Assembly: GCF_006345805.1 (NCBI RefSeq)
Contig: NC_043005.1
Location: 28,396,001-28,460,000 of the forward strand
DNA: 64,000 nt
Reading direction: 5' to 3'
From: Octopus sinensis
Lineage: Eukaryota
Shown here: positions 12,916-26,463 of the stretch, in pieces
Layout: the number at the start of each line of letters is the position of its first letter
How positions within the stretch are numbered: the first letter of the stretch is position 1
Notes under the pieces: model-generated
Database searches by the model: none
What the model saw: the letters and a program-made list of their open reading frames with translations, nothing else
Told to the model about the DNA's origin: nothing
Translations under genes and position numbers: made by a program

Positions 12916-13749
12916 TGAGGGTAATCCCAAAAGTAAGGTCTCCAAAGCGCTGGGGACGTAGGGTAACTGCGCATGTGGCTATTGGCAACACTGTTGTGTT
13001 TGCTGAGCATGAACCTGCACCTGCCTCTGTGTGCGCCTTGCTGCCACGCTCAATCTTGGCTTGGCAATTGTATCTGATGGAGCTCCTGATTGACGCTACC
13101 GTGAAGTGTGAAGTTCATGCAGTTATTCAGTTTTTGAATGCAAAAGGCATTAAACTGATTGAAATTCATCGCCAATTAACAGAAGTGTATGGTGAGTCAT
13201 GCATGGATGTCAAAAACGTCCACAAGTGGCGTAGGGAAGAAAGAAGCAGGCAACCATCAATTTCCAATGAGACAGTTATGAAAGTTGAGCAAATCCTGCA
13301 TGAAAATTAGCAGATCACTCTGGATGATCTCTGCATTTTAGTTCCTGAGGTTATCCGAAGCACCAGTTATAGGGTTTTGAGTGCAAAGCTGCAATATGAG
13401 AAGGTGTGCACAAGATGGGTCCCACGAATGCTCACAGAAGACCATATATGGCAACCCACCTTATAGTCTGGACTTGGTACCCAGTTCTCTAAGTTGAAAG
13501 AACATTTGGCCAAAATGCGCTTCAGCAATGACGAGATGAAAGATGAGGTTCAACGCTTCCTCAACAACATGGCAGTGAGCTGGTATGATATGGGCATACT
13601 GAAACTGCCCCAGCACCTACAAAAATGCATCAAGTGAAATGGTGATTATGTAGAAAAATAGATAGATGTCCAAACTTTAAAATGATTGACAATAAACGCT
13701 TCTGTAATTTTTAGATATTTTTGGAGACCTTACTTTGGGATTAACCTCG
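12916..13749 (+). mobile_element. Internally deleted mariner transposon
   Basis: TIRs tgagggtaatcccaaaagtaaggtctccaaa and tttggagaccttactttgggattaacctcg, with TA TSDs. HTH region CEVHAVIQFL..., WVPRML motif and a degenerate YSPDL-like motif are present; the middle of the catalytic domain is missing. Confidence 0.9.
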
Positions 13750-14048
13750 TATTGCCAGTGCCGCTGGACTGGCTCCTGTGCACGTAAAAAACATCTTTTG
13801 AGCATAGTTGCCAGAACTGCCTGACTGGCCCTCGTGCTAGTGGTACATAAAAGCACCTACTACATACTTGGAGTGGTTGGCATTAGAAAGGGCATCCAGC
13901 TGTAGAAACTTTGCCAGATCAAATTGGAGCCTGGTGCAGCCTTCTGGTTTGACAGTCCTCAGTCAAACCGTCCTACCTATGCCAGCATGGAAAGTGGACG
14001 TTAAACGACGACGATAACAATGATGATGTTGATTATATATATATATAA

Positions 14049-14141
14049 TATAATTCGAGACAAAACCACTATTTTAAAATCAAACAAGGAAAGACTTAAT
14101 CAATGTTTGATTTTAAAATAGTGGTTTTGTCTCGAATTATA
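14049..14141. repeat. Perfect 38-bp inverted repeat with 17-bp spacer
   Basis: tataattcgagacaaaaccactattttaaaatcaaaca (14049-14086) is the exact reverse complement of 14104-14141. Confidence 0.95.
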
Positions 14142-14230
14142 GTATATAAAATATTTTACTATAAAATTGGATTTAACCCTAAATCTGATTTTTCCCTGTA
14201 ATTTTGGATTCATTCCCTAATATTTATTAT

Positions 14231-14275
<45 letters not shown>

Positions 14276-14276
<1 letters not shown>

Positions 14277-15765
14277 TAGCAGAGATACCCGGCATTACCC
14301 ATGTTACAAGCAATTGAAGAATTAGACTTTCCTGTTATATTTTCTGTAATGAACTGGAATGCCTATGATTTGAATTTCATCAAAATTGCAGATGAGGGTT
14401 ATTTCCCTCTTTACACACCCTAAAAAATTGTAATCATGACACATGTATCCCATACTACTGATTTCTATGCGCAGATTCCAAAATTCCAGTCTTATAGAAC
14501 CTGTTAAAAGGATTTTGCTCCTGAAAAATGGAGGTCATGGACCTCTAAAATGTGGGAGTTAAGGCCCCTATTGATGGTGGGTGTCTTAATATCAACCAGA
14601 GAAGTTGAGTTGTTGAGAATCTTTTTAAGTTTGGTCTTATATCTATTGTTTGAATTTCTTTGAAATAGGAAATATATGTACATTCACTGGGTTTGTAAAA
14701 GAGAGCAAAGCTACAGGAAACCAAAAGACGAATGATCACAACAAGCAGTCAGCTACAGTACCCTAGTCGTTACCACTCCCAATGTAGGATTCCTCACCAT
14801 ATAGGTGACAGGCACAGCCATAAGATGCATTATGGATCTATAGCAATTGGAAGGATGTGACCCAACTGAAATAAACATTAACAACTGTGTGACATGAGGG
14901 CTAAGGAGAAATGAAAGTGCAACCTCTAGAGTTTGCAAATGACCAATATACTGATACGTTGGCAATGATTCCTGATGGTCCAGGGGCTTTCCCTGTCTTA
15001 ATATCCTTAATTGCCTTATCTGTTATGCTGATATTGACTCTGATGGCTGGTCTCTCAATTGATTCAATATTTGAATGACTCTTCTTCTCCCATTCATTTT
15101 CCACATTTAGTAACTTTCATAGTGACACTTCCATGCATCTTTCTTTTGTGAGTCACTAAATGCAAGCATACTATCATCCATTCGCACACATTTCTCACCC
15201 ACCACATATCTATCCTCTCTGATACACTGCTTTGCAATCCTGAACACCTCATGCCTCTGATCCTCATTCTGTAGGACATTTGCAAATCTCTTACCTTCAG
15301 CTATTCCTTTTGCTATGTAAACCTGATACCTAGCTACCCCTCTGGCTACTTGATACAGTCCTCTGTTTCCACCATTTTTCCAGCCTTTCCAGGCCTGTCT
15401 CTTTGCTTTTATAGCACTGTCTACCTCCTTGTTCCACCACCATGTCACACTTTGTCTAGCTGGGATACTGCACCAACCACAGATTTCTTCTGTAGCCATC
15501 AGTAGATTGTCTATTGAAAGTGAAACTACTATATCATTGCAATAGAGATGTTATTATTTCACTTTTGACACGTAATACCGAACCAGTCTAAGAGATTGCT
15601 CTAGGCTCGATTTAGGCAAGAAGTTGAAATTTTTTTGGCTCATACCACTCTATGGACCCTAAGTAACGTATGTGTAAAACTTCAATGAAATTAGTTGGAT
15701 AGTTCTCCAGTTTTAGTGATGCACACATAGAGACACACACAGACGGACACAAATTCTCAGTTTCA
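14276..15765 (-). mobile_element. Non-autonomous Helitron-like element with captured RTE fragment, copy 1
   Basis: Minus-strand 3' end is CTAG with an adjacent GC-rich, hairpin-like cccggcattaccc. The other end ttctcagtttca(ta)n resembles the end at about 25940-26185. 14276-14957 is homologous to 21259-21935. Confidence 0.65.
14958..15505 (-). pseudogene. RTE-clade LINE fragment (linker before RT); duplicated at 16503-17050
   Basis: Motifs TWWWNKEVDSAIKAKRQAWK...AWKCHYE and AIKDIKTGKAPGPSGI, with frameshift. Confidence 0.8.
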
Positions 15766-15820
15766 TATATATATATATATTATATATATTATATATATAT
15801 ATAATATATATATATATATA

Positions 15821-17305
15821 CTAGCAGAGATACCCGGCATTACCCATGTTACAAGCAATTGAAGAATTAGACTTTCCTGTTATATTTTCTGTAATGAACT
15901 GGAATGCCTATGATTTGAATTTCATCAAAATTGCAGATGAGGGTTATTTCCCTCTTTACACACCCTAAAAAATTGTAATCATGACACATGTATCCCATAC
16001 TACTGATTTCTATGCGCAGATTCCAAAATTCCAGTCTTATAGAACCTGTTAAAAGGATTTTGCTCCTGAAAAATGGAGGTCATGGACCTCTAAAATGTGG
16101 GAGTTAAGGCCCCTATTGATGGTGGGTGTCTTAATATCAACCAGAGAAGTTGAGTTGTTGAGAATCTTTTTAAGTTTGGTCTTATATCTATTGTTTGAAT
16201 TTCTTTGAAATAGGAAATATATGTACATTCACTGGGTTTGTAAAAGAGAGCAAAGCTACAGGAAACCAAAAGACGAATGATCACAACAAGCAGTCAGCTA
16301 CAGTACCCTAGTCGTTACCACTCCCAATGTAGGATTCCTCACCATATAGGTGACAGGCACAGCCATAAGATGCATTATGGATCTATAGCAATTGGAAGGA
16401 TGTGACCCAACTGAAATAAACATTAACAACTGTGTGACATGAGGGCTAAGGAGAAATGAAAGTGCAACCTCTAGAGTTTGCAAATGACCAATATACTGAT
16501 ACGTTGGCAATGATTCCTGATGGTCCAGGGGCTTTCCCTGTCTTAATATCCTTAATTGCCTTATCTGTTATGCTGATATTGACTCTGATGGCTGGTCTCT
16601 CAATTGATTCAATATTTGAATGACTCTTCTTCTCCCATTCATTTTCCACATTTAGTAACTTTCATAGTGACACTTCCATGCATCTTTCTTTTGTGAGTCA
16701 CTAAATGCAAGCATACTATCATCCATTCGCACACATTTCTCACCCACCACATATCTATCCTCTCTGATACACTGCTTTGCAATCCTGAACACCTCATGCC
16801 TCTGATCCTCATTCTGTAGGACATTTGCAAATCTCTTACCTTCAGCTATTCCTTTTGCTATGTAAACCTGATACCTAGCTACCCCTCTGGCTACTTGATA
16901 CAGTCCTCTGTTTCCACCATTTTTCCAGCCTTTCCAGGCCTGTCTCTTTGCTTTTATAGCACTGTCTACCTCCTTGTTCCACCACCATGTCACACTTTGT
17001 CTAGCTGGGATACTGCACCAACCACAGATTTCTTCTGTAGCCATCAGTAGATTGTCTATTGAAAGTGAAACTACTATATCATTGCAATAGAGATGTTATT
17101 ATTTCACTTTTGACACGTAATACCGAACCAGTCTAAGAGATTGCTCTAGGCTCGATTTAGGCAAGAAGTTGAAATTTTTTTGGCTCATACCACTCTATGG
17201 ACCCTAAGTAACGTATGTGTAAAACTTCAATGAAATTAGTTGGATAGTTCTCCAGTTTTAGTGATGCACACATAGAGACACACACAGACGGACACAAATT
17301 CTCAG

Positions 17306-17310
<5 letters not shown>
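15821..17310 (-). mobile_element. Tandem copy 2 of the same Helitron-like element (offset 1545 bp)
   Basis: All ORF-track entries repeat with identical translations at +1545 (e.g. 14545/16090, 15107/16652). Confidence 0.85.
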
Positions 17311-17347
<37 letters not shown>

Positions 17348-17811
17348 TATATACTGCACCAATAGATCGTAATATATATTACGATCTTTTGAAAACATTA
17401 TATCAAAATCGAAAGTATTTGTTCGGCAATTTCCTTTAAAAAATTTGGCGTAATTCTGGTTTAAGCATCTCATATAACCCTTCATAACTTTTTTATCCTT
17501 GGATTTTCAGAAAAACTTTCCGAATTTGTAAATATGAGCGGAAAAGATGCATAGCAATGAGTATTTCCCCCATACGTAATTACTAAAAACTCCAACTGAG
17601 ACACAGAAAGGGGGAGAAGGGTAATAGAAGAGAAAGAAAGAGGGAGAGAGAGAGAAATAGAAAACAAAAAGATAGAAAGACTGAGAGAGAGAGAGAAGAA
17701 GGAAACAAGGGAAATAACCCTGGTTTTCTCGTACCTCTTTTGTGAGTTAATTATTTTTGTTATTATTTTGTATTTTGTGGTTATTTGATTTACTTTCACC
17801 GAATTGCTCTG

Positions 17812-17928
17812 ATGGAGTGTGATATTCTAGATTCGCTCAACGATCTTGGCTATTCGAAAGAATTTTGTGAAGATGAAAGCATTAAGAAAGTATTACTGGA
17901 TGAACCATGTTCAGTTCCATTCACCGAG
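17812..17928 (+). CDS. FAM98: FAM98-family protein, coding exon 1
   Basis: MECDILDSLNDLGYSKEFCEDESIKKVLLDEPCSVPFTE matches the recalled FAM98A/B N-terminus (DILESLEDLGY...PEFTK). Phase-0 joining to exon 2 requires the GC donor gag|gcaagt at 17929. Confidence 0.85.
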
Positions 17929-18996
17929 GCAAGTAAATCTTTTCCCCTCTTTTTATTAATCTCCATATAAGACAACTCCTTTCAACGATTCACCTAAGAC
18001 TAAGCTTCACTATTACTGTTAGAAATAGTAGCCAATTTTCCTCAAACGCACCGTACCATCTTAAAAATTGGAAACATCGCCTAAAAATTTTTTAGAAAGA
18101 ACACATTTGACAGTGTATTCCTTAATATATGTAAAAAATATGTGGTGGTCACGACTGTAATGTCTCTCATCACAGGTTTTCTCACTCAGGGTTAAACAAT
18201 TCTTGTTTTTAGTAATGCGAGGTTTGCAATCTTCGATTTTCTCAACGGGAACAAATCCTCATTGTAAGGCTGTAGCTTATTTGTGATACCTCTTAATGAT
18301 TTTATAAAATGTCGTTTTCGTATTTGTTAAAACAACTTCAGCTATTTATTTAATCAATGTTGCAAATATATATTCCGGGGTAAGTGGTGAGAATTTGGGA
18401 TCCAATGTGTTTTCTAGGCTCTCTGGCCATCCGGTACTCCAGTATGAGCTAACGACGGAGCCTCTACATGGTCCCTCCATCTACTAGACACAGCCACCAA
18501 ATCTCCTTCTAATTACGTCCCCCACCATCGTTGAAAATGACACGCTGGTTAATATGGACCTAGGTTCCTTGAACATTAAAAAAAAAGTCTAAATTATCAT
18601 GGCTGGAATGCCTTTGACCATGGGTCTGCTCGATGCTGACATACCTGGTATTAAACAAAAACAGTAATTTGGTGGAAAGTCAGTGTGATGGAGTTTAAGA
18701 AAAAAAAAACAACAAAACGATAAGACTCCCAATGTATTGGCATCATCACCACCTTCCAAAACAAACATTTTAAAATTAAAAGACAAGATATTTATTTAAG
18801 ACCTTATTCGACAAAGAGGCCTCTGTTCTCTGAAATTTCAGAAGTTACCGTTTCTCGTGGTACCCCAAACTTATCTAATTCTAGAAATAGCTTGATAAGT
18901 GGATTAATTTACTTTGTCCCGAGGAACAGAAATCTACCGGTTTAAGGAAGGACCCTTTCATCGGAGAAAGATATATTTTCCGAATACACACACAAA

Positions 18997-19029
<33 letters not shown>

Positions 19030-19599
19030 GAAGGGTTCGTACTCGAAATTTCTCTTCCTCACACCAAGTTCATTTTCCATTCTATGAACGTTTTCTATTT
19101 ACTGTTTGCCACCAGCCGTTTAAAACACGTGCTGTTACATCTATAGATAAGGAAATAGAATAGCGACAGGAAATAGAATGAACGTCGTTCTTTATTTAAC
19201 ATCACTACAATTCTTTCGATGCATTTTTACACCTTTAGTACATCGGTGAGGTATTGTATTGTCATTATTTTGTATCCAAAGTGAAAGTGTAAAATGCGCC
19301 TCTTCAATCGATAGTTTAAACGAGTTAAAACAAGAGTTTGACCAACGCATAACAATCACGTACATATAATGTTGGTGTATGAATATGTTTTTATGAGGGT
19401 TGTAGGTAAATATTGTCATTATTCTCAACAAATATTTCACCAAGTGATGAAACTGTTTCAATGTTTTGAAGAAGTTACATTAAATTAAATGAATTTGTCA
19501 AGATTTCCATTCTGTTAATATTGCACATGTATATGAAATATGTACGATCGAAGCAGAGACCTCACTCTCCAGTTGGCCCTCTTTACAATCTCCACATAG

Positions 19600-21210
19600 A
19601 TCGGAGGCATTTTCACTGTTGAAAATCCAAATGTACCTTCTTCACCAACTCTGACATCAAATTCCATAACATCTGTGAAATTCACACCTGGAATGCTGCA
19701 ATGCCACCTCAAGAATTTGCGCAACTATGCCTCTCCTGGTTTTGATGGTGTTAATTATTTGCTTCTCAAACATGGCAGGTTCTTTCTTTTGCACCAGCTT
19801 TCATTCTTCCTTCAATTCTGCCTTAACTGTCACTCCAGAGCACTGGAAAATTGCCAGTGTTGTTCCTCTGTTCAAAGGTGATCGAACATCACCTGTCAGC
19901 TACTGTCCACTCAGCTTTACTAGCTGCATCACCAAACTGATGGAGTCCTGTGTCAGAGAAACACTCTGCAACTTTTGGAGTTCTCATAGCCTTATTCGAC
20001 CCTCACAATTTGGATTTATCCCTAACTCCAGCTGTTGTAGCCAACTCATCGAGTTTCTTGAGGATGTCAAACCAAGTTACTGATGGTGGCTCATGGGTGA
20101 ATATTATCTACCTTGATTTTGCTAAAGCCTTCAGTTCTGTGCTACAGAAACGATTCATGGCAAAACTCTCAGTAATCGGTGTGAAAGATGATCTCAATAA
20201 CTGGCTGAAGTCCTTCATTCTCAGTTGGAATGAGGTAGTTATGGTTCTCGGACATCATTCTTCACCCTACAACATGACTTCTGGTGTACCTCAGGGATCC
20301 GTTCTTGGACCCCTACTGTTTGTTGCATATATTAATGACATAGATGCCAACTTGAGGAATGTTACAGTGTTGAAATATGCGGAAAACATCAAGCTGTACC
20401 ACGAAATAAAAAGAACAGATCCTATGCATTATAGATTTTTCCTGCAATCAGACCTGGACACAATTCAACAATGGATCTCTGTCTGGCAACTCAAGCTAGC
20501 CGTGGACAAGTGTGTCACCATGCATTTTGGGAGGAAAAATCCAGCTTTTACATACCCCCTCAGCAACACCACTCTCAAGAAGTCTTCTAGCAGACATGAT
20601 CTGGGCATTATTGTAAACAACGATCTAAGATTGTCAAGAAGGCTGAGAGGGTGCTAGCATCACTCAGTAAGACCTTTATCAGCCGCTCTCTGGCTATCTG
20701 TTTAAAATTGTATATGACAATGGTATGTCCACACTTGGAAATTGCATTACCAGTCTGAAACCCCAATCTTGCTCAGCATATAAACCTCCTGGAAACTTCA
20801 GAAATGTGCAACAAAACAAATACCGACTATCAGACATCTACCATACTCTGAATGTGTTGCTTCCCTGGGGATGGATACATTGAAGCTTAGATGTCTGGCA
20901 ACTGACTTGGTTGACACCCATAAGATTATCCGCCATCTTTCCAACAACAACCTTGGGCACCTTTTTGAATTCCATATGACAAACACTCGCAGATATGCTT
21001 ATAAAATAAAAAAAACAACGCAGCATCCATGAATTTCGGAAACACTTTTTCACTCTCAGAATTGCTGAAGCATGGAATAAACTACCTGCATTAGTCATTA
21101 GCTGTCAAGACACTACATCCTTCATAACTTCCATGCTTCCAGGAATCTGCCAATAGTACACCTGATGGATTTTTTTCTAGTTGTAGTACACCTGAGCACT
21201 GTATACAACA
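19600..21210 (+). mobile_element. Decayed CR1/L2-like LINE, RT to 3' end
   Basis: WKIASVVPLFKG, SQFGF, IYLDFAKAF, GVPQGSVLGPLLF and YAE(D) motifs with frameshifts. The 3' tail cacctgagcactgtataca is also seen at about 12200. Confidence 0.85.
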
Positions 21211-21216
21211 ATTTCA

Positions 21217-21258
<42 letters not shown>

Positions 21259-21259
<1 letters not shown>

Positions 21260-22943
21260 TAGCAGAGATACCGAGCGTTGCCCATGTTACATACAATTGA
21301 AGAATTAAACTTTTCTGTTAAATTTTCTGTAATGAACTGGAATACCTATGATTCAAATTTCCTCAAAATTGCAGATGAGGGTTATTTCCCTCTTTACACA
21401 CCCCCCAAAAATTGTAATCATGAGACATGTATCCCATACTACTGATTTTTATGTGCAGATTCCAAAATTCCAGTCTTATAGAACTTGTTAAAAGGATTTT
21501 GCTCCTGAAAAATGAAGGTCATGGAGCTCTAAAATGTGGGAGTTAAGGTCCTTATTGGGGTGGGTGTCTTAATGTCAACCAGAGAAGTTGAATTGTTGAG
21601 AATCTTTTTAACTTGGGTCTTATATCTATTGTTTGAATTTCTTTGAAATAGGAAATATATGTATGTTCACTGGGTTTGTAAAAGAGAGCAAAGCTACAGG
21701 AAACCAAAAGACGAATGATCACAATAAGCAGTCAGCTACCCTAGTCGTTACCATTCCCAATGTAGGATTCCTCACCATACAGGTGACAGGCACAGCTGTA
21801 AGGTGCATTACGGAACTATAGCAATTGGAAGGGTGTGACCCAACTGAAATAAACATTAACAACTGTGTGACATGAGGGCTAAAGAGAAATGAAAGTGTCA
21901 CCTCTGGTGTTTGCAAATGACCACTATACTGATACATAACTGGACAGAATAAATTTACAATCTATAAATGTCTTTGAATAACCAGTCACTCATCTGGGAA
22001 GGCCTTGAAATCAATGTTACCATCTGGTGACTATGTGTGACCCAGTGATAATAAAAAAAACTGAAGGGAGTCTGCAACCAAATAACTTTACTCAACACTT
22101 TGCAACTGATTCAGTTGGGTCAAATATGCCTCTCATTTACTTGACAATCTATGCACCACATTGCAGAAATTACAATCTTATTATATCTCAAAGCAAAGTG
22201 TTACACTGTTGTACCATTGAATTAGAAATAATGCTCATCTATTATGCTCAGGTGACCCTACAGCTTCCAAGAGTACAACTGTATTCGTCTTAGCTTAGAT
22301 AAAATGACTAAATTGTGAGTGTTAAGTCCCCCATGAAAGGGTCTTTCTAACTTGTAAGAAGATGAAATTTTATAAATATTACTTCATTTGTGTCTAATAT
22401 CTAGGTTAAAATTTCATCAACAGCAAAAATATATGAATGATCATGGGGGTTAAGGCCCTTATGCATTGAATGTAATTTCCAAATTTCATAAAGAGCCATT
22501 CAGTACTTTTGACCTAGTTTTGGATCATAAAAGAAATGACTAAAATTTTGGAGTTAATGCCCCCATTAGGGTGTCTTAGAATCGTCATATGAAGTGGAAA
22601 CTTTGAGAATACTTCTTGATGTGTGTCAATTACCCATGGTTGAAATTTCATAAACATCGAAAATTTATGAATTTCCATGAGGGTTCTGCCCCCTTTAAGC
22701 CATCTGAAATTCAGACCAAACACATTGCATTATACCCATCCTTATGCATTGAATCTAAGTTCCAAATATCATAAGGATCCATTCAGTAATTTTGGTCCAT
22801 GAAATTGTATGAAACACACAGCATTACCCTTCTCCCTAGGTTTGGATTTTATGTTCCAAATTTCATTAGGATCGGTGCAGCAGTTTTTGAATGTATAAGT
22901 AACACACGAACACACATAAAGACATTGACTTTCATATAATAGA
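21259..22943 (-). mobile_element. Non-autonomous Helitron-like element, related copy without the RTE insert
   Basis: Same ctagcagagatacc end and first ~680 bp as the 14276 copy. The opposite end ...gactttcatataatagat gives a minus-strand TC start. Confidence 0.65.
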
Positions 22944-23626
22944 TATGAATATGCACATATACATACATGTATATATATATGTGTGTGTGTGTGCATTATA
23001 CATACACACACACACACACAAAGATAAATTAATAGATACAAGTGAGTGGGCAAACAGAAATATGAGACACTGCCTAGTGCTTTTTTTTATCTTATAAGCC
23101 TGGTACCTATTCTATCAGTTTGTTCTTGTGAAACCAGTAAGTTATGGGGATGTAAATAAATGAACACCAGTTGTGAAGCAGTGATGAGGGAGAAACACAA
23201 AGACACACACATAGATTTACATATATACATACATACATACATACATATATATATGATTGATTTCTTTCACTTTCTGTCTACAAAATCCACTGACAAGGCT
23301 TTGGTTGGTCTGAGGCTATAGCAGAAGACACATGCCAAGTCACCACACAGTGGAACTGAACCCAGGACCATGTGTTTTGGAACCAAGTTTGTTATCACAC
23401 AGCCACACCTGCACCTATGTATGTGTGTGTGTGTATGTGTATGGGTGTATATATGTATGCATGTATATATGTGTATATGTTACATGTACATCTATATATA
23501 TATATATATATATTTACATCTACACATACATGTATACATATACATCTATATCTATACATATACATCTATATATATACATGTACATATATTCATCCATGTA
23601 TATATATATATATATATATATGTGTG

Positions 23627-25590
23627 GTACCAGTGCCTGTGGCACACAAGAAAACCATCCGAACGTGGCCGTAGCCAGTACCGCATCGACTGGCCTCCGT
23701 GCTGTGGGAACATGGTGGCACATAAAAACACCATCCGAAGACCCGGCAAGACTAGTCAGGTCATAACCCGTGGGCCCTACCTGGGACGTAGTCAGTCCAC
23801 CTGTACATACCTTCCGACTTGTGAAGACCTGCTGAGGCAAGTGAAAATCAAATCAAATCAAAACAAATCAAAATAGATGAACATCAATGGAATTTGTATC
23901 CTTGTGGTACCAGTGCCAGTGGCACACAAGAATCCATCCGAACGTGGCCGTAGTCAGTACCGCTTGTGGTACCAGTGCGGTGGCACACAAGAATCCATCC
24001 GAACGTGGCCGCAGTCAGTACCGCTTGTGGTACCAGTGCCGGTGGCACACAATCCATCCGAACGTGGCCGTAGTCGTCAGCATCACACTGGCCATCCGAT
24101 CGTGGCCGTTCGCCAGCCTCATCTAGCACCTGTGTCGGTGGCACATAAAAACACCATCCGAAGACCCGGCAAGACTAGTCAGGCCATAACCCATGGCCCC
24201 TACCTGGGACGTAGTCAGTCACCTGTGCATACCTTCCTTCTTGTGACACTGTGAAGACCTGTTGAGGCAAGTGAAAATCAAATCAAAACAAATCAAAATA
24301 GATGAACATCAATGGAATCTGTATCTTTGTGGTACCAGTGCCGGTGCACACACTTTGTGGTACCAGTGCCGGCGGCACACATGAGAACCATCCGAACGTG
24401 GCCGTAGCCAGTTCCGCATCGACCGGCCTCCGTGCTGTGGGCACGTAACAAACACCATCCGATCATGGCCGTTCGCCAGCCTCATCTGGCACCTGTGTCG
24501 GTGGCACATAAAAACACCTTCCGAAGACCCGGCAAGACTAGTCAGTCCACCTGTGCATACCTTCCTTCCTTCTTGTGACACTTGTGAAGACCGGTTGAGG
24601 CAAGTGAAAATCAAAAAATCAAAATCAAAATCAAATCAAATCAAATCAAAATAGACAAAATAGATGAACATCAATGGAATTTGTATCTTGTGGTACCAGT
24701 GCCTGTGGCACACAAGAAATCCATCAGTGCCGTAGTCAGTGCGGTGGGCACATGACAAACACCATCCGATCGTGGCCGTTCGCCAGCCTCATCTAGCACC
24801 TGTGTCGGTGGCACATAAAAACACCATCCGAAGACCCGGCAAGACTAGTCAGGCCATAACCCATGGCCCCTACCTGGGACGTAGTCAGTCCACCTGTGCA
24901 TACCTTCCTTCTTGTGACACTTGTGAAGACCTGTTGAGGCAAGTGAAAATCAAATCAAAACAAATCAAAATAGATGAACATCAATGGAATTTGTATCTTT
25001 GTGGTACCAGTGCCGGTGGCACGTGGCACATAAGAAAACCATCCGAACGTGGCCGTAGCCAGTACCGCATCGACTGGCCTCCGTGCTGTGGGCACGTAAC
25101 AAGCACCATCCGATCGTGGCCGTTTGCCAGCCTCATCTGGCACCTGTGTCGGTGGCACATAAAAACACCATCCGAGCGTGGCCGTCTGCCAGCCTCGTCT
25201 GGCACCTGTGTCGGTGGCACATAAAAACACCATCCGAGCGTGGCCGTCTGCCAGCCTCGTCTGGCACCTGTGTCGGTGGCACATAAAAAACACCATCCGA
25301 GCGTGGCCGTCTGCCAGCCTCGTCTGGCACCTGTGTCGGTGGCACATAAAAAACACCATCCGAGCGTGGCCGTTTGTCAGCCTCGTCTGGCACCTGTGTC
25401 GGTGGCACATAAAATCACCCACTACACTCTCGGAGTGGTTGGCGTTAGGAAGGGCATCCAGCTGTAGAAACACTGCCAGATCTGACTGGACTGGTGCAGC
25501 TTTCGGGCTCCCCAGACCCCAGTTGAACCGTCCAACCCATGCTAGCATGGAAAGCGGACGTTAAATGATGATGATGATGATGATGATGAT
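23627..25590 (+). repeat. Tandemly amplified RTE 3' UTR segments ending in an RTE tail and (GAT)n
   Basis: The motif aatagatgaacatcaatggaat recurs at about 23872, 24297, 24658 and 24969. A ~62-nt minisatellite spans about 25104-25415, followed by the tail aagggcatccagc...ggacgttaaa(tga)n. Confidence 0.8.
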
Positions 25591-26179
25591 ACATATATAT
25601 ATATATATGTGTGTGTGTGTGTATATATATATATAAACACATCTATATGTATACATGTAAATTTAAATTTAAAATAATAAGGGTGAAAAATTGAATATTA
25701 ATTTGATTAATATCAAGTTAAAACCACTGGTGTAGCATATTGAAAAATCTGAAGTTTCAGAAAAATTATATTACATAAATATAAGAGGGATGACCTGTAA
25801 GTGGGCATACATTATGCTAGAAGAAGATCCGCTATGGTCTTACCATTCCTTTGTTAGTGGTGAGACCATAGCGGTTTTTCTAGCAAAATGGATGTCCACT
25901 TACAGTTCATCCCACTTATATAATAGTTTCAGTATTAAAGTGAAAGCATATCACATTACAATAGAGAAATGTTTTAGTTTCACTTTTGACACGTAATATT
26001 GAAATAGTAGAGAAGATATGATATTGCTGTGGGCTCGCACTAGGCAAGAAGTTAAAAAAATTTTTTGCCCATGACACTACATGGACCCTAAGTAAGGAAT
26101 GTGTAAAATTTGAATGAAATTGGTTGTGTAGTTCTCAAGTTTTAAGGATTCACACAGACAGACAGACACACATTCTCAT

Positions 26180-26219
<40 letters not shown>

Positions 26220-26288
26220 CTCAGTGTAATAATGCATACTCCTAAGTGATGTGTCATTACCAACAGTTTACAGACAAAACAAAACCCT

Positions 26289-26347
<59 letters not shown>

Positions 26348-26463
26348 TTTGTGAAATACACTAATAATATTCACTAATAATATTATATATATATGTATAT
26401 ATATATGTATATATATGTATATATATACAATTCACTAATAATATTATATATATATGTATATAT

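Noticed and set aside
23627-25590. CRISPR-like appearance of recurring motifs with variable intervening sequence
   Set aside because: Eukaryotic context with no cas genes. The intervening sequences are homologous to each other and to RTE 3' UTRs, not unique spacers.
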